A DNA stretch of 32,000 nt from Caldivirga maquilingensis IC-167 (GTDB lineage: Archaea; Thermoproteota; Thermoprotei; Thermoproteales; Thermocladiaceae), in NCBI RefSeq assembly GCF_000018305.1, contig NC_009954.1, forward strand, positions 1,710,001-1,742,000, in the 5' to 3' direction. Positions 1 through 9,022 of this stretch are shown one piece after another. Made by a program: the position numbers and the translations under genes. How positions within the stretch are numbered: position 1 is the stretch's first letter; each line of letters begins with the position of its first letter. The notes below the pieces were generated by a model. It made no database searches, had not been told where the DNA came from, and saw nothing but the letters and a program-made list of their open reading frames with translations.

Positions 1-107
1 ACTGTGTTTATTGATATACCTAGTCTTTGAGCTATCTCCCTAGGCTTCAAACCCTGTCTATAATACAAATCCCCCACAGCTAACTCAGTCTTAGTTAACT
101 TACCCAT
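1..107 (-). CDS. 5' fragment of a small helix-turn-helix protein (continues off the left edge)
   Basis: Absent from the ORF track because it is truncated. My minus-strand translation from the ATG at 107-105 gives MGKLTKTELAVGDLYYRQGLKPREIAQRLGISINTV, an HTH-like EIAxxLGISxxTV pattern. An A/T-rich box lies about 30 nt upstream (133-145). Confidence 0.35.
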   Translation of the reverse strand, partial: MGKLTKTELAVGDLYYRQGLKPREIAQRLGISINT

Positions 108-155
108 GGTTATACACCTATAGGTATGATTCAGAGTAATAATAATTTATTGTTT

Positions 156-161
156 AAAAAA
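156..161 (-). terminator. Oligo-T (T6) tract downstream of the surface-protein gene
   Basis: Plus-strand AAAAAA at 156-161 reads as T6 on the minus strand, 18-23 nt past the stop at 179-181. Archaeal termination typically uses oligo-T runs. Confidence 0.3.
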
Positions 162-178
162 CATGGAATACCCTTATA

Positions 179-2464
179 TTATCTACTTGAGCCACGGCTC
201 CTCGCTAATAATGCCAATAGAACTATAATCAGTATTAGCACTACGTAGAATAGTATTGAGGAAACCTTATTGGGTATTAGCAGGCTAATGAACTGCTGGG
301 ATAGTGATGGGTTAACGTGGATTGTGAACTCATCGTTCTGAACCATTGGTATTAATGAACCTGTCTGATTCCACAGCAATGTTAACGTAACCTTATAATC
401 CCCTGGATTAATACCATTCTGGACATCAACCATGAAGACTACCTGCTTCTCCTGCCCCGGCTTCAAGTCACCTATGAATAATGTACCGGCCGTTAATGCG
501 CTAAGCGGATTACTACTGCTTACGTGTGGTTCAATAACTCCTTGTCCATTTAAAATAACTTCAACATTCTTAGCGGTTACGTTACCATCATTAGTAATAG
601 TTATGTAAAGTGGTACATCACTATCACCTACACTTAAGTCACTGGTTGCATTAATCACAAGGAGATTAGCCTTGGGTTTAATAACCAGCGGTATGGTGTA
701 GGTCTTGTTGAAGCCTGTTCCATTAATTATAAGCGTTAAGTTGGCTTGAACAGTACTATATATGTTGTTGGCAGTGGATAAAACGAAGTTAACGGGTACT
801 GGTTCACCAATGGGTAAGTTACCGATGTTAACAATGCCATTCGATGGATTAACAACATTAATGTACTTATCACCAATCAACGTAATCTTCACATTCCTAG
901 CCACGGCAGTACCCGAGTTACCTAAGTATATTGTTAGGAGTAATTCAGGGTAACCTGGGAATAAGTTAGGTGGATTAGTGTAGTAGGATTCAACTACAAC
1001 ATCCGGAACCCCGGTGACTACAATGGGGATCCTCCTGATTGTTAATGAACCACCACTGTAGGTTAACGTTAAATTAGCGTAATAGGTTCCAGCCTTAACA
1101 TTAGTCACATTAACCATGAAGGTTACGTAAACCGGTACACCAATAGGTAGGTCACCGATTGTTGCATTACTGGTTAACGCCACGAATCCCACCGGTAGCG
1201 ATACGTTGGCTTTAACATTAATAGCTGGGGCTGTACCGGAGTTAACTATAATGAATGTTAATGGTACAGCACCGTAACCTGGACCAACAGTAATGGGGCT
1301 ACTTGGTGAACCCCATACAGTACCCTCACTTATTAGTCTTGGCTCCCCTGAAACCACAATGGGAACCCTTAGCCTTGATTCAAGCCCATTATTATACGTT
1401 AATGTTAAGTTAGCGTAGTAGGTGCCTGGACTTACATTGGATACGTTAACAATGAACACTGCGTAAACCGGCACACCCACAGGTGCACCACCTATTGTCG
1501 TGAAGTTTACTAACGGTTTGAAACCGCTTGGTAATGATATTGTGGCATTAATGTTAACTGCATTAGCTGTACCGGAATTAACTATGGTTACGAATAATGG
1601 GACAACACCATAACCAGGACCCACTGCAATGGGGTTACTTGGTGAACCCCAGCCTGCTCCCTCAACGGTCAGTCTCGGTTCACCTATAATTGGTATATTA
1701 ACTGTAATTACCTGTGTTGCATTGGAGAAGTAGTTTAGGATTACTTCACCATTAATTACGCCGACTGGGGCATTATTAGTTACATTAACCAGGAAGACTG
1801 CGTAAACTGGTGTTCCAGGGGGTATGTAGCCTATGTAGCTTTTATTAATTACCGGTACTAGACCATTACCTAGTATTATTGTTGCTGATGCATTGGAAGC
1901 CATGACGTTACCCGTGTTAATTATTGGTATAACCAAGGGCAGGACACCTATACCCGGTGTGGCCTCAATGGGATTGTTAATTGAACCCCATGTTGGTAAG
2001 CCTGGGTTAAACTTAACGTAACCTAACACCGGTATGGTTACATTGAAGGTACTGCTTGCGTTTCGCGGCATGATAATGATGCTCCCATTCATCACCACCT
2101 TGGTTAACTCAACGTAAGTTACGTTAACCTTAAGTTCATAAACACCGTTACTGGCGTTTGGGTTAATGTTAATTAACTCAGTTATGTTTATTCTTGAACC
2201 AGGTGGTAGCACTGGTATTGTTACCTTGTATGAACTATTGAAGTAATTATATGGTCCAAAGGGGAAGGTGAAGATTGGTTTAATGGTTACATTGAATAAT
2301 GTACCCTCACCATTATTAATAATTGATAATACTAATGGTACAGCGTTCTGGCCTGGTGCAGCAAGCGCACCTACCTGACCAGTAACCACTAGTGCATTGG
2401 CTACATTGGTTAGTAGTATGAGTGCGGCCGCCGTTAACGTAACTATGATTAGCTTACCCTTCAT
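179..2464 (-). CDS. Repetitive S-layer-like / COG1361-type surface glycoprotein (N-terminal signal or anchor, C-terminal TM anchor)
   Basis: The ORF is 179-2488. I prefer the ATG at 2464 (MKGKLIIVTLTAAALILL) because a TATA-like box at 2487-2496 is centred about 28 nt upstream. The protein has a hydrophobic N-terminus, about six ~110-aa beta-rich repeats (WGSxxxPIxVGPGYGxVPL...NxG...PVYxxFxVNVT...YYANLTLTY) and a C-terminal TM helix followed by RSRGSSR. I hand-counted about 27 N-x-S/T sequons. Confidence 0.7.
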   Translation of the reverse strand: MKGKLIIVTLTAAALILLTNVANALVVTGQVGALAAPGQNAVPLVLSIINNGEGTLFNVTIKPIFTFPFGPYNYFNSSYKVTIPVLPPGSRINITELININPNASNGVYELKVNVTYVELTKVVMNGSIIIMPRNASSTFNVTIPVLGYVKFNPGLPTWGSINNPIEATPGIGVLPLVIPIINTGNVMASNASATIILGNGLVPVINKSYIGYIPPGTPVYAVFLVNVTNNAPVGVINGEVILNYFSNATQVITVNIPIIGEPRLTVEGAGWGSPSNPIAVGPGYGVVPLFVTIVNSGTANAVNINATISLPSGFKPLVNFTTIGGAPVGVPVYAVFIVNVSNVSPGTYYANLTLTYNNGLESRLRVPIVVSGEPRLISEGTVWGSPSSPITVGPGYGAVPLTFIIVNSGTAPAINVKANVSLPVGFVALTSNATIGDLPIGVPVYVTFMVNVTNVKAGTYYANLTLTYSGGSLTIRRIPIVVTGVPDVVVESYYTNPPNLFPGYPELLLTIYLGNSGTAVARNVKITLIGDKYINVVNPSNGIVNIGNLPIGEPVPVNFVLSTANNIYSTVQANLTLIINGTGFNKTYTIPLVIKPKANLLVINATSDLSVGDSDVPLYITITNDGNVTAKNVEVILNGQGVIEPHVSSSNPLSALTAGTLFIGDLKPGQEKQVVFMVDVQNGINPGDYKVTLTLLWNQTGSLIPMVQNDEFTIHVNPSLSQQFISLLIPNKVSSILFYVVLILIIVLLALLARSRGSSR
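1013..1684 (-). repeat. Two best-conserved tandem 336-nt (112-aa) domain repeats inside the surface-protein gene
   Basis: In 769-aa ORF numbering, residues 269-380 and 381-492 both begin GEPRL and align without gaps. The similarity is visible at DNA level at an offset of 336 nt (for example 1077-1162 versus 1413-1498, and 1281-1330 versus 1617-1666). More diverged copies fill most of the gene. Confidence 0.8.
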
Positions 2465-2486
2465 AGGAGACTCCGATATCGGATGC

Positions 2487-2496
2487 ATTTAAAAAA
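2487..2496 (-). promoter_or_regulatory. TATA-like box for the surface-protein gene
   Basis: The minus strand reads TTTTTTAAAT, centred about 28 nt upstream of the ATG at 2464. This spacing fits a leaderless archaeal promoter. Confidence 0.4.
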
Positions 2497-2612
2497 CTTT
2501 TCTAATGTTTAAATGAGCACTGAATTCGGTTTATGGGCTTGAATCTAAGGGATAAGTCACCTTAATTTGAAATATAAACTTATAAACACCTGCATAGTGT
2601 ACCGATGCGTAT

Positions 2613-3266
2613 ATGGAGTCTAAGCTACTGGTTAATAGGGTATACGAAGAATTACTTAACGCCATAATCCAGGGTAGGTTTAGGCCTGGGGAGGCCTTGA
2701 GGGAGGATAGAATCGCCTCAATGCTTGGAGCCAGTAGAACACCTGTTAGGGAGGCTTTAGCCAGACTTGAGAGGGAGGGGTTTGTGGTTAAGGATGGGAG
2801 AAGTTACATAGTTACCCCAATAACTAAGGATGATGTTGTGCAGCTTTATGAGGAGAGAATACCGCTTGAGGCCATGGCAGCTAGGTTAGCGGCGATTAGG
2901 GCTACTGATAGTCAATTAATTAGGATGAGTAATGCAATTGATATGATTAAGGCTGAGGTTATGCAACCCAACCCTAATCCAGTTAAGTTAGCTGAATTAA
3001 ACGGTGAATTCCATGAGCTTGTGGCTGAGGCAAGCGGTAACAAGTTCATTGCAACTACGCTTAAGCAGATTAGGCTTAAACTCAAGATAGTTAGGGTTAA
3101 CATATTCACAAGTTACAGTAGAAGGCTTGAGGAGGCTAAGGAACATGGGGATGTTTATGAGGCAATAAAGTCAAGGAACCCTGAAGCAGCCTTCGTGAAG
3201 ATGCTTAACCATGAGCAGAATGTCCTAGAATACGTTAAGAGTAGTGTTCTACCTTACTACTTCTAA
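2613..3266 (+). CDS. GntR-family transcriptional regulator (FadR/FCD-type C-terminal domain)
   Basis: The N-terminal winged HTH reads RFRPGEALREDRIASMLGASRTPVREALARLEREGFV. The all-helical C-terminal half has the size expected of an FCD domain. A TTATAAA box lies about 30 nt upstream of the ATG. Confidence 0.85.
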   Translation: MESKLLVNRVYEELLNAIIQGRFRPGEALREDRIASMLGASRTPVREALARLEREGFVVKDGRSYIVTPITKDDVVQLYEERIPLEAMAARLAAIRATDSQLIRMSNAIDMIKAEVMQPNPNPVKLAELNGEFHELVAEASGNKFIATTLKQIRLKLKIVRVNIFTSYSRRLEEAKEHGDVYEAIKSRNPEAAFVKMLNHEQNVLEYVKSSVLPYYF

Positions 3267-5253
3267 GGGCTAAGTATAGTATGTATGGGGAGGCGCTACC
3301 TATGTAGTGGTCTAAGCCCACGTTCCTGCCCTCGATGGCGTCTATTCTTGAGCTTTGATTCCAAGGCTCTAACCTTGATATAGTATCCCACTCCTTCTTA
3401 GCAATCTCAAGACCCTCATTAACCATACCCCTAAGCACCATGTGGGCAGTCACAACGAAGCTTACCCTAGGCCAGCAGGACCTCATTTGCCCTGATGAAG
3501 TATCAATCTCCCCACTTGGCTTAACTGAATTGGGGAGACAGTGGGGTGATGACTTGTGGTTAAGCTCGTATATTGACCTTAAGGCTACCTTAATCTTATC
3601 CTCATCAACCACCGGTGGTAGTTTAAGGAAATCGCACCAGAATTGCCCAAGGAGTTGACTATTCATGCATGACTCATTACTATTGCCACTTGATTTCCAT
3701 GCCATGAAGTAGCGGCCATTCCACAGTGAATTCAACGTCTCCCTGCCTTTACTTAAACATGACTCATAACGGTCACTGAGCCTTACACCAAGTACCTCAG
3801 CCGACTTAATAAATGCTTGAAGTGAGCATAGGAATAGGGAGGCTATGTATGAGGATGCCCCATACATGTTTGTTCCATCATAGGAATTATCAAACCCACC
3901 CCTTGAGTCAGGTATGCAGTCACCGTCATAATCCCTACTGATGAGCCAGTCAATAACCTCACGCATCTTATCAATATTCCTCCTTAAAACCTCAACATTA
4001 CCCGTTAGGAGATAATCCCTATAAATCATTAGAATCCAAGTACTCCCTAAATCATTCCACGGATATAAGTATGAGGCACCGTATATTGGATCCTCAATAC
4101 TCTCCTCCCCAAGATCATGAGGAACCTCACCATTATGTATGTAGAATCCCAGTAATTCATCCATTTTAACAGTTAAGTCGGGGAAAAGGTCAAGTAGGGC
4201 GAAGGATAATCCATCCCAGGTCATTGACCCTATGGTACTCATTAATGGTGCTATTGATAATGATTCATAAACAGCTAATCTACCGTCCTTAGTTAACCAC
4301 GTTGATGAAGTCAACACGTATAGGCTATTTAATACAGCATCCCTTAACCAACCATCAGCATCAATATTAAGGGGACTTAATGAACCGGTATTCTCTAAGG
4401 CGTATTCAGCCACCTCAACTGCTGAGTTGAAGAAATTCTCGTAGTAGTGGCCGTATGGGTAATGGTATGGTCTTGAATTAAAAAACCAGGTAATGAAGAA
4501 TAACGCCTCATCATCAACCCTCCTCCACACTATCCCTGCAATCTCCTCCCTGGCATATGGCCTTATGGAGTACCTACCCTCATCAGCTACTTCACTGAGT
4601 TTACTGAATATTGAGATATCCTCAGTCATACCACCCCTAGTGGGTACCCAGTATGAGTAGCCGGAGTATGTGTGGCATTTTTCACAACCTATGAAGACTT
4701 CGCCGTAAGCTGGGTCACTTTGCAGTGACCTTAGATTCCTGAATAATACACCATTAACCTTACCTGTTATGGAGTAGTTGACGCGACCCCACCTCCTACT
4801 ACCCACTATGTTTGGGAATGAGAATGCAATAGTGCCATTTCCCTTAACTCTAATTATTATTAATGGTAATGATGAGTCCTTAAGATTACCCTTAACAATG
4901 GGTGTATAGAACTCGATCTCCTTAATCGGTAAATTACTGAACCTGTACTTGATTCTAGGATACTGGGCATCAACCTCAATGGTGTCAACATGCTTATACT
5001 GCGGCTTAACCTCAATATTCTTACCTGGGTTGGTTTGAAGGAAGAGTGGTTCCTCATTAAGTAGTACTACGTGGAATCCCCTAACCACCTTAAGTGGGTT
5101 TAACCAATTATTCATTATAGTCACATTGCCTATTGTGAGATCTGGGAAGAATTCTATTGCACCAGCACCAATTCCACCTAGGGGTAATCCACTGTTGAAA
5201 CTCCTACCGCTCACTATCATTAAACACCCTTCCGGATACTGAATTTTATGCAT
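3235..5253 (-). CDS. GH116-like glycoside hydrolase (GBA2 / archaeal beta-glycosidase type)
   Basis: The N-terminal motif GLPLGGIGAGAIEF matches the PLGGIG motif I recall from GBA2, TxGH116 and Sulfolobus GH116 enzymes. The size (672 aa) and the W/Y/D-rich C-terminal (alpha/alpha)6-like half also fit. This is a motif-level call only. Confidence 0.65.
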   Translation of the reverse strand: MHKIQYPEGCLMIVSGRSFNSGLPLGGIGAGAIEFFPDLTIGNVTIMNNWLNPLKVVRGFHVVLLNEEPLFLQTNPGKNIEVKPQYKHVDTIEVDAQYPRIKYRFSNLPIKEIEFYTPIVKGNLKDSSLPLIIIRVKGNGTIAFSFPNIVGSRRWGRVNYSITGKVNGVLFRNLRSLQSDPAYGEVFIGCEKCHTYSGYSYWVPTRGGMTEDISIFSKLSEVADEGRYSIRPYAREEIAGIVWRRVDDEALFFITWFFNSRPYHYPYGHYYENFFNSAVEVAEYALENTGSLSPLNIDADGWLRDAVLNSLYVLTSSTWLTKDGRLAVYESLSIAPLMSTIGSMTWDGLSFALLDLFPDLTVKMDELLGFYIHNGEVPHDLGEESIEDPIYGASYLYPWNDLGSTWILMIYRDYLLTGNVEVLRRNIDKMREVIDWLISRDYDGDCIPDSRGGFDNSYDGTNMYGASSYIASLFLCSLQAFIKSAEVLGVRLSDRYESCLSKGRETLNSLWNGRYFMAWKSSGNSNESCMNSQLLGQFWCDFLKLPPVVDEDKIKVALRSIYELNHKSSPHCLPNSVKPSGEIDTSSGQMRSCWPRVSFVVTAHMVLRGMVNEGLEIAKKEWDTISRLEPWNQSSRIDAIEGRNVGLDHYIGSASPYILYLALRSSKVEHYS

Positions 5254-5300
5254 TATTATTTGAATAAGGAATTTAAGACTGTTACTAAGCCAAGCAAACT

Positions 5301-5816
5301 ATGCTACTGCCATTCTACAGGATTAAGAAGGACCTTTGGATTGAAGCATACCTAATAGGTAGGGTTGATGCATTAGCTAAGGTTGGTTTAATTAAGTCAT
5401 TTAAAACAAGCGGCGTGGATAATGGTGAATTAAAACCCATACCCTATCAGGAGATTAAGAGCATAATAAGTAATGACATTAAGTGGATTAATGACACCAT
5501 AAGTGACCTTGAGAATGGTTTAAAGTTCAGGTTCAGGGATTACGTATTAATCCCAGTGTATAATCCAGGTCAATATATGGCTAAGGTTAACTTAAGCCTA
5601 ATGGACATAGTGACGCTGAGGGTTACTAGGAGGATATATGAGAATTTACTTAAGGTAATGCCTAAGGAACCACTGGGTGTTGGCTGGTTCAATGTAGCGG
5701 TGGAAAATGACACTGTTTTCATTGATGGTGTGTACGATGAAGCCTTAACCAACACTTACACTAATAATGAAAGCTTAAGGAGGGCGTTGATGGAGCTTTT
5801 ATCAGGGAATCATTAA
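5301..5816 (+). CDS. Hypothetical protein (171 aa, soluble)
   Basis: Intact ORF with an AATTTAAG box about 27 nt upstream of the ATG. I recognise no family motif. Confidence 0.5.
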   Translation: MLLPFYRIKKDLWIEAYLIGRVDALAKVGLIKSFKTSGVDNGELKPIPYQEIKSIISNDIKWINDTISDLENGLKFRFRDYVLIPVYNPGQYMAKVNLSLMDIVTLRVTRRIYENLLKVMPKEPLGVGWFNVAVENDTVFIDGVYDEALTNTYTNNESLRRALMELLSGNH

Positions 5817-5826
5817 TAATTGCTTA

Positions 5827-7440
5827 TTATTCACCTTTAATTAACTGGTGCTTAATCAAGTATTCTCTTAAGGGCTTATGTAAAGCCTCCTCAATTATCC
5901 CCTTAGTGTTTATGAATATTGAGAACGCCTTAGGTATCCTATTTACCACATCCATTGGGGTTAAGTGGTAGCCTAACTCTAACGCAGCCAAGTCACCTGC
6001 AACACCTGTTATGAATGCTGCTATGGCTGCAGCCTCAAGGGGGTCATTAACCCTATGAAGCATTGTTGCTAAAACCCCTGTTAATACGTCTCCCGTCCCA
6101 CCAACTGTCATACCTGGATTACCACTCATGTTTAATTTAATCCTTGAACCATCACTAATAACATCAGTATTACCCTTAAGGAGTATTACACTACCTGGGC
6201 AGCATTTCGAAACCTGCTCCTTAAGCCACTGCCCGGTTTCAATTGGATTAAGCTTAGGTACATCAATACCCAGTAACTCCCTTAACTCCCCGGCATGTGG
6301 AGTAAGCACCACGCCTGGCTTAAGTAGGTTAAGTTTCTTCCCGATTCCAATGGCCTTTATCGCATCAGCATCAATAACAATCCTCTTACCCAACTTAACC
6401 GCGGTCTCAAGTATAATGTAGACTGCCTCCATTGTCGTCTTCTCAAGTCCTAGCCCAGGACCTATGGCTACCACATTAGCCCTCTCAATACCTCTAAGTA
6501 CTGGTCCAACATTATCCTTACTTAAAACCTCACCCTCAAGTGGCACTGCTATTAGGTTTGGTGTCTGTGATCTAATGTCGTGTGCAACATCATGAGGCGC
6601 GTAGACTATTGGTAAGTCAGCCCCCGTTATTAATGATGCTAAAGCCGTTAAAGCTATGGCGCCCGTGTAATCCCTTGAACCCCCTATTATGGCTATCCTA
6701 CCGAAATCACCCTTCTTGGAATCAAGCCTCCTGGCGTATGTTAAGTAATTCAAGTCACCGGGCCCTACTATTAACTCGGCCTCCTTCGGGATACCTATGT
6801 CGACTACCACCAGTTCACCAACATACGGCTTAGCCTTATCGGCAATAAGCCCACGCTTAGCCTTATGCATGGTTACGGTTAAGTCAGCCTTAACAGCCTT
6901 ATCCGCAACATCACCGGTATCGGGATCTAGACCTGAGGGTATGTCAACCGCAACCTTAGGTGCCTTAGACATGTTTATTAAGTCTATTGCAGCCGAGGCA
7001 GGTTGCCTAATCCTACCCTTAACACCAATGCCTAGGATTGCGTCAATAATTACGTCGGCCCATTTAATGAAGTAATCCTGGTAGGAGAGCAGCTCCAACT
7101 CATCCCTAGCCTCCATTACCCTGCAACCCAGTAGGTTTAGGCATATCTTAAGATTAGTGGCGGCAGGCTCCTCCCTCATGTCACTTACCCTACCCAGTAG
7201 TATGATAACCACGTCCTTACCCCAATTGTAAAGGTATCTGCCGGCAACAATACCATCCCCACCATTGTTACCTAACCCAGCCACAACAAGCACCTTACCT
7301 GCGTTCGGCCACCTTGAGGAGACTATTTGAGCAACACCCCTACCGGCATTCTCCATTAGTATTCTACTGTCAATACCCAGGTACGCAGTGTTAGCATCCA
7401 GAACCCTCATTTCTAATACTGATATTGCTTCACTACTCAT
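5827..7440 (-). CDS. nnr: Bifunctional NAD(P)H-hydrate repair enzyme (epimerase + ADP-dependent dehydratase)
   Basis: The N-terminal YjeF_N domain carries GLGNNGGDGIV. The C-terminal carbohydrate-kinase domain carries GGTGDVLTG. The ORF track starts at a GTG at 7455; I prefer the ATG at 7440 (MSSEAISV) because a TAATATA box is centred about 27 nt upstream. Confidence 0.9.
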   Translation of the reverse strand: MSSEAISVLEMRVLDANTAYLGIDSRILMENAGRGVAQIVSSRWPNAGKVLVVAGLGNNGGDGIVAGRYLYNWGKDVVIILLGRVSDMREEPAATNLKICLNLLGCRVMEARDELELLSYQDYFIKWADVIIDAILGIGVKGRIRQPASAAIDLINMSKAPKVAVDIPSGLDPDTGDVADKAVKADLTVTMHKAKRGLIADKAKPYVGELVVVDIGIPKEAELIVGPGDLNYLTYARRLDSKKGDFGRIAIIGGSRDYTGAIALTALASLITGADLPIVYAPHDVAHDIRSQTPNLIAVPLEGEVLSKDNVGPVLRGIERANVVAIGPGLGLEKTTMEAVYIILETAVKLGKRIVIDADAIKAIGIGKKLNLLKPGVVLTPHAGELRELLGIDVPKLNPIETGQWLKEQVSKCCPGSVILLKGNTDVISDGSRIKLNMSGNPGMTVGGTGDVLTGVLATMLHRVNDPLEAAAIAAFITGVAGDLAALELGYHLTPMDVVNRIPKAFSIFINTKGIIEEALHKPLREYLIKHQLIKGE

Positions 7441-7573
7441 GTTAATTAAGCCCACAGGCTAGGTATATTACAGTATCGCATCAACACTGATTAACCACAC
7501 CCCTAGGGATTGGGTCCTTTATCGTATTCTTAATTACTCCCCCAAACCCCAATTAAAGTATGTTAAAGCATGA

Positions 7574-9022
7574 TTAAGCCTGCATTATTAATGCCCTATT
7601 AAGCATAACCCATATGCCTAACACCACTGCACCAGTAACTATTACCGCTATACCCGGGTTAATTACAGGGGGTTGCCTCACTATTAGTATTGTATAGGCA
7701 TTATTAGTAATCATGAGTGCGAGGGATGCTATGATACTCATTATTATTAGTATTAAGGCCGTGAAGAGGCCTATGATGCGTCTTACGTAATTAACATTAG
7801 TTAAGTAAAGTAGTGATGAAAGAATTGGCGCCACAGTCCAAGTAATCATCCTCGTCATTGAAATCAACCCCAGTAGACCAGCTAATGTAAGTCCCATCGC
7901 CACTATGGCAATGACTATGAAACCCACGTAAACAGCATTAATACCCCTGAAGTATGCCTTAGCGTACTCGGCGTAATTATTCTCAACGCCAGGTAATTCC
8001 CCTGAGAATGATGTTAAGGTTAAGTTAACTATCATTGGTTTAGTTAAGTTAATGCTAATGCTTGAGAATTCACCACCCTCATAAGTGGTTAATACGTATG
8101 AACCGCAGGGTAGGGTTAAGTTTAATGCCTCCCTAACATTGAGGATTATTGATTCCCCTTGATTACCCGACACCACCACGTTTGAACCCTGGGGGGCGTT
8201 TATAGTAAGCCTGCATGCGTTGGAACTAGGTGGTGTTATTGGTTTCAGTAACGGCTTCACAGTGATGTTAAGGTCCTTAGGCACCTCACCCACTGGTACT
8301 GGGGTTTCATTAATGACTGTGTATATTATGTAGTAGTTTAATGGTAGGTTAATTTCATTGACCCCGGGCTTTAATGAACCATAGTTAACTAGGTAACTTA
8401 ACCCTAGGTAACTGTACTGAATACTAACACTCCTATTAAGCTTATTCACCACGGTTACGTTAATACCATGCTTAATGAACCATAGTGCCCTCCCCCAGTA
8501 TTCATTAGGTATGAGTATCATTGATACTAAACCGTAGCCGGTATTCGATAATGACTCTGTTAAGTTCATGCTGCATATTAAGTATGGTTCATTACCCTTA
8601 ATAATGATTAACACTGGTATGGTGACTTGCCTAATGTAGCTTGTTAATAAATGAAGCCCAGGCTTAATACCCACCATTGAGCCTGCATAGCAGACTGACC
8701 CAGTGATATTACTGAGACCTAGTATCATAACCACATGCCTATAGTCAAGTAACGCCAAGGCGGTCACCACTGGAATATTCCTAACCCCTAATTGACTTAG
8801 GGCGTATGAAACACTTAAGGGCACTATACCGGTGAATGGCATTAAGGAGCCCCTCCCGGTTATTGCATGCATACTGAATGGGATGCCCACTAGTGTTAAC
8901 CCTGCATAGGTTAATGATACCAGTAGTGTTAGACCGTATGTTAATAATCCAGTTAGTAATGCCGCTGAGACTACATGACCTACCACCCTCTTAAGCATTA
9001 GTACCATGAGCTTCTTCTCCAT
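7574..9022 (-). CDS. Polytopic membrane protein with a large sequon-rich extracytoplasmic domain
   Basis: Hydrophobic helices at both ends flank a ~220-aa beta-rich middle region carrying many N-x-S/T sites (NLTES, NVTV, NRSV, NETP, NITV, NLTL, NLTK). An alternative start at 8998 (MLKRVV) would make a TAATG 1-nt overlap with the upstream stop. Confidence 0.6.
   Translation of the reverse strand: MEKKLMVLMLKRVVGHVVSAALLTGLLTYGLTLLVSLTYAGLTLVGIPFSMHAITGRGSLMPFTGIVPLSVSYALSQLGVRNIPVVTALALLDYRHVVMILGLSNITGSVCYAGSMVGIKPGLHLLTSYIRQVTIPVLIIIKGNEPYLICSMNLTESLSNTGYGLVSMILIPNEYWGRALWFIKHGINVTVVNKLNRSVSIQYSYLGLSYLVNYGSLKPGVNEINLPLNYYIIYTVINETPVPVGEVPKDLNITVKPLLKPITPPSSNACRLTINAPQGSNVVVSGNQGESIILNVREALNLTLPCGSYVLTTYEGGEFSSISINLTKPMIVNLTLTSFSGELPGVENNYAEYAKAYFRGINAVYVGFIVIAIVAMGLTLAGLLGLISMTRMITWTVAPILSSLLYLTNVNYVRRIIGLFTALILIIMSIIASLALMITNNAYTILIVRQPPVINPGIAVIVTGAVVLGIWVMLNRALIMQA

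Noticed and set aside
2465-2488. Eight extra N-terminal codons (MHPISESP) of the surface-protein ORF
   Set aside because: The ATG at 2488 abuts the TATA-like box, so it cannot be downstream of the TSS. The ATG at 2464 gives a classic basic-then-hydrophobic N-terminus.
762-5755. Short ORFs 762-953(+), 2912-3109(-), 3440-3658(+), 4860-5057(-) and 5570-5755(-)
   Set aside because: All lie entirely inside longer, motif-supported genes, either antisense or out of frame. Their low-complexity L/S/P/T-rich translations are typical of shadow ORFs.
6128-7075. Three antisense ORFs (6128-6421, 6582-6833, 6797-7075) inside nnr
   Set aside because: They are shadow ORFs opposite a gene with unambiguous YjeF_N and carbohydrate-kinase motifs, and they have no promoter-like boxes.
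7456-7573. Possible small RNA in the 118-nt spacer upstream of nnr
   Set aside because: There are only degenerate box words (TTGATGC on the minus strand), no paired CTGA and no convincing stem. The nnr TATA box accounts for the A/T element.
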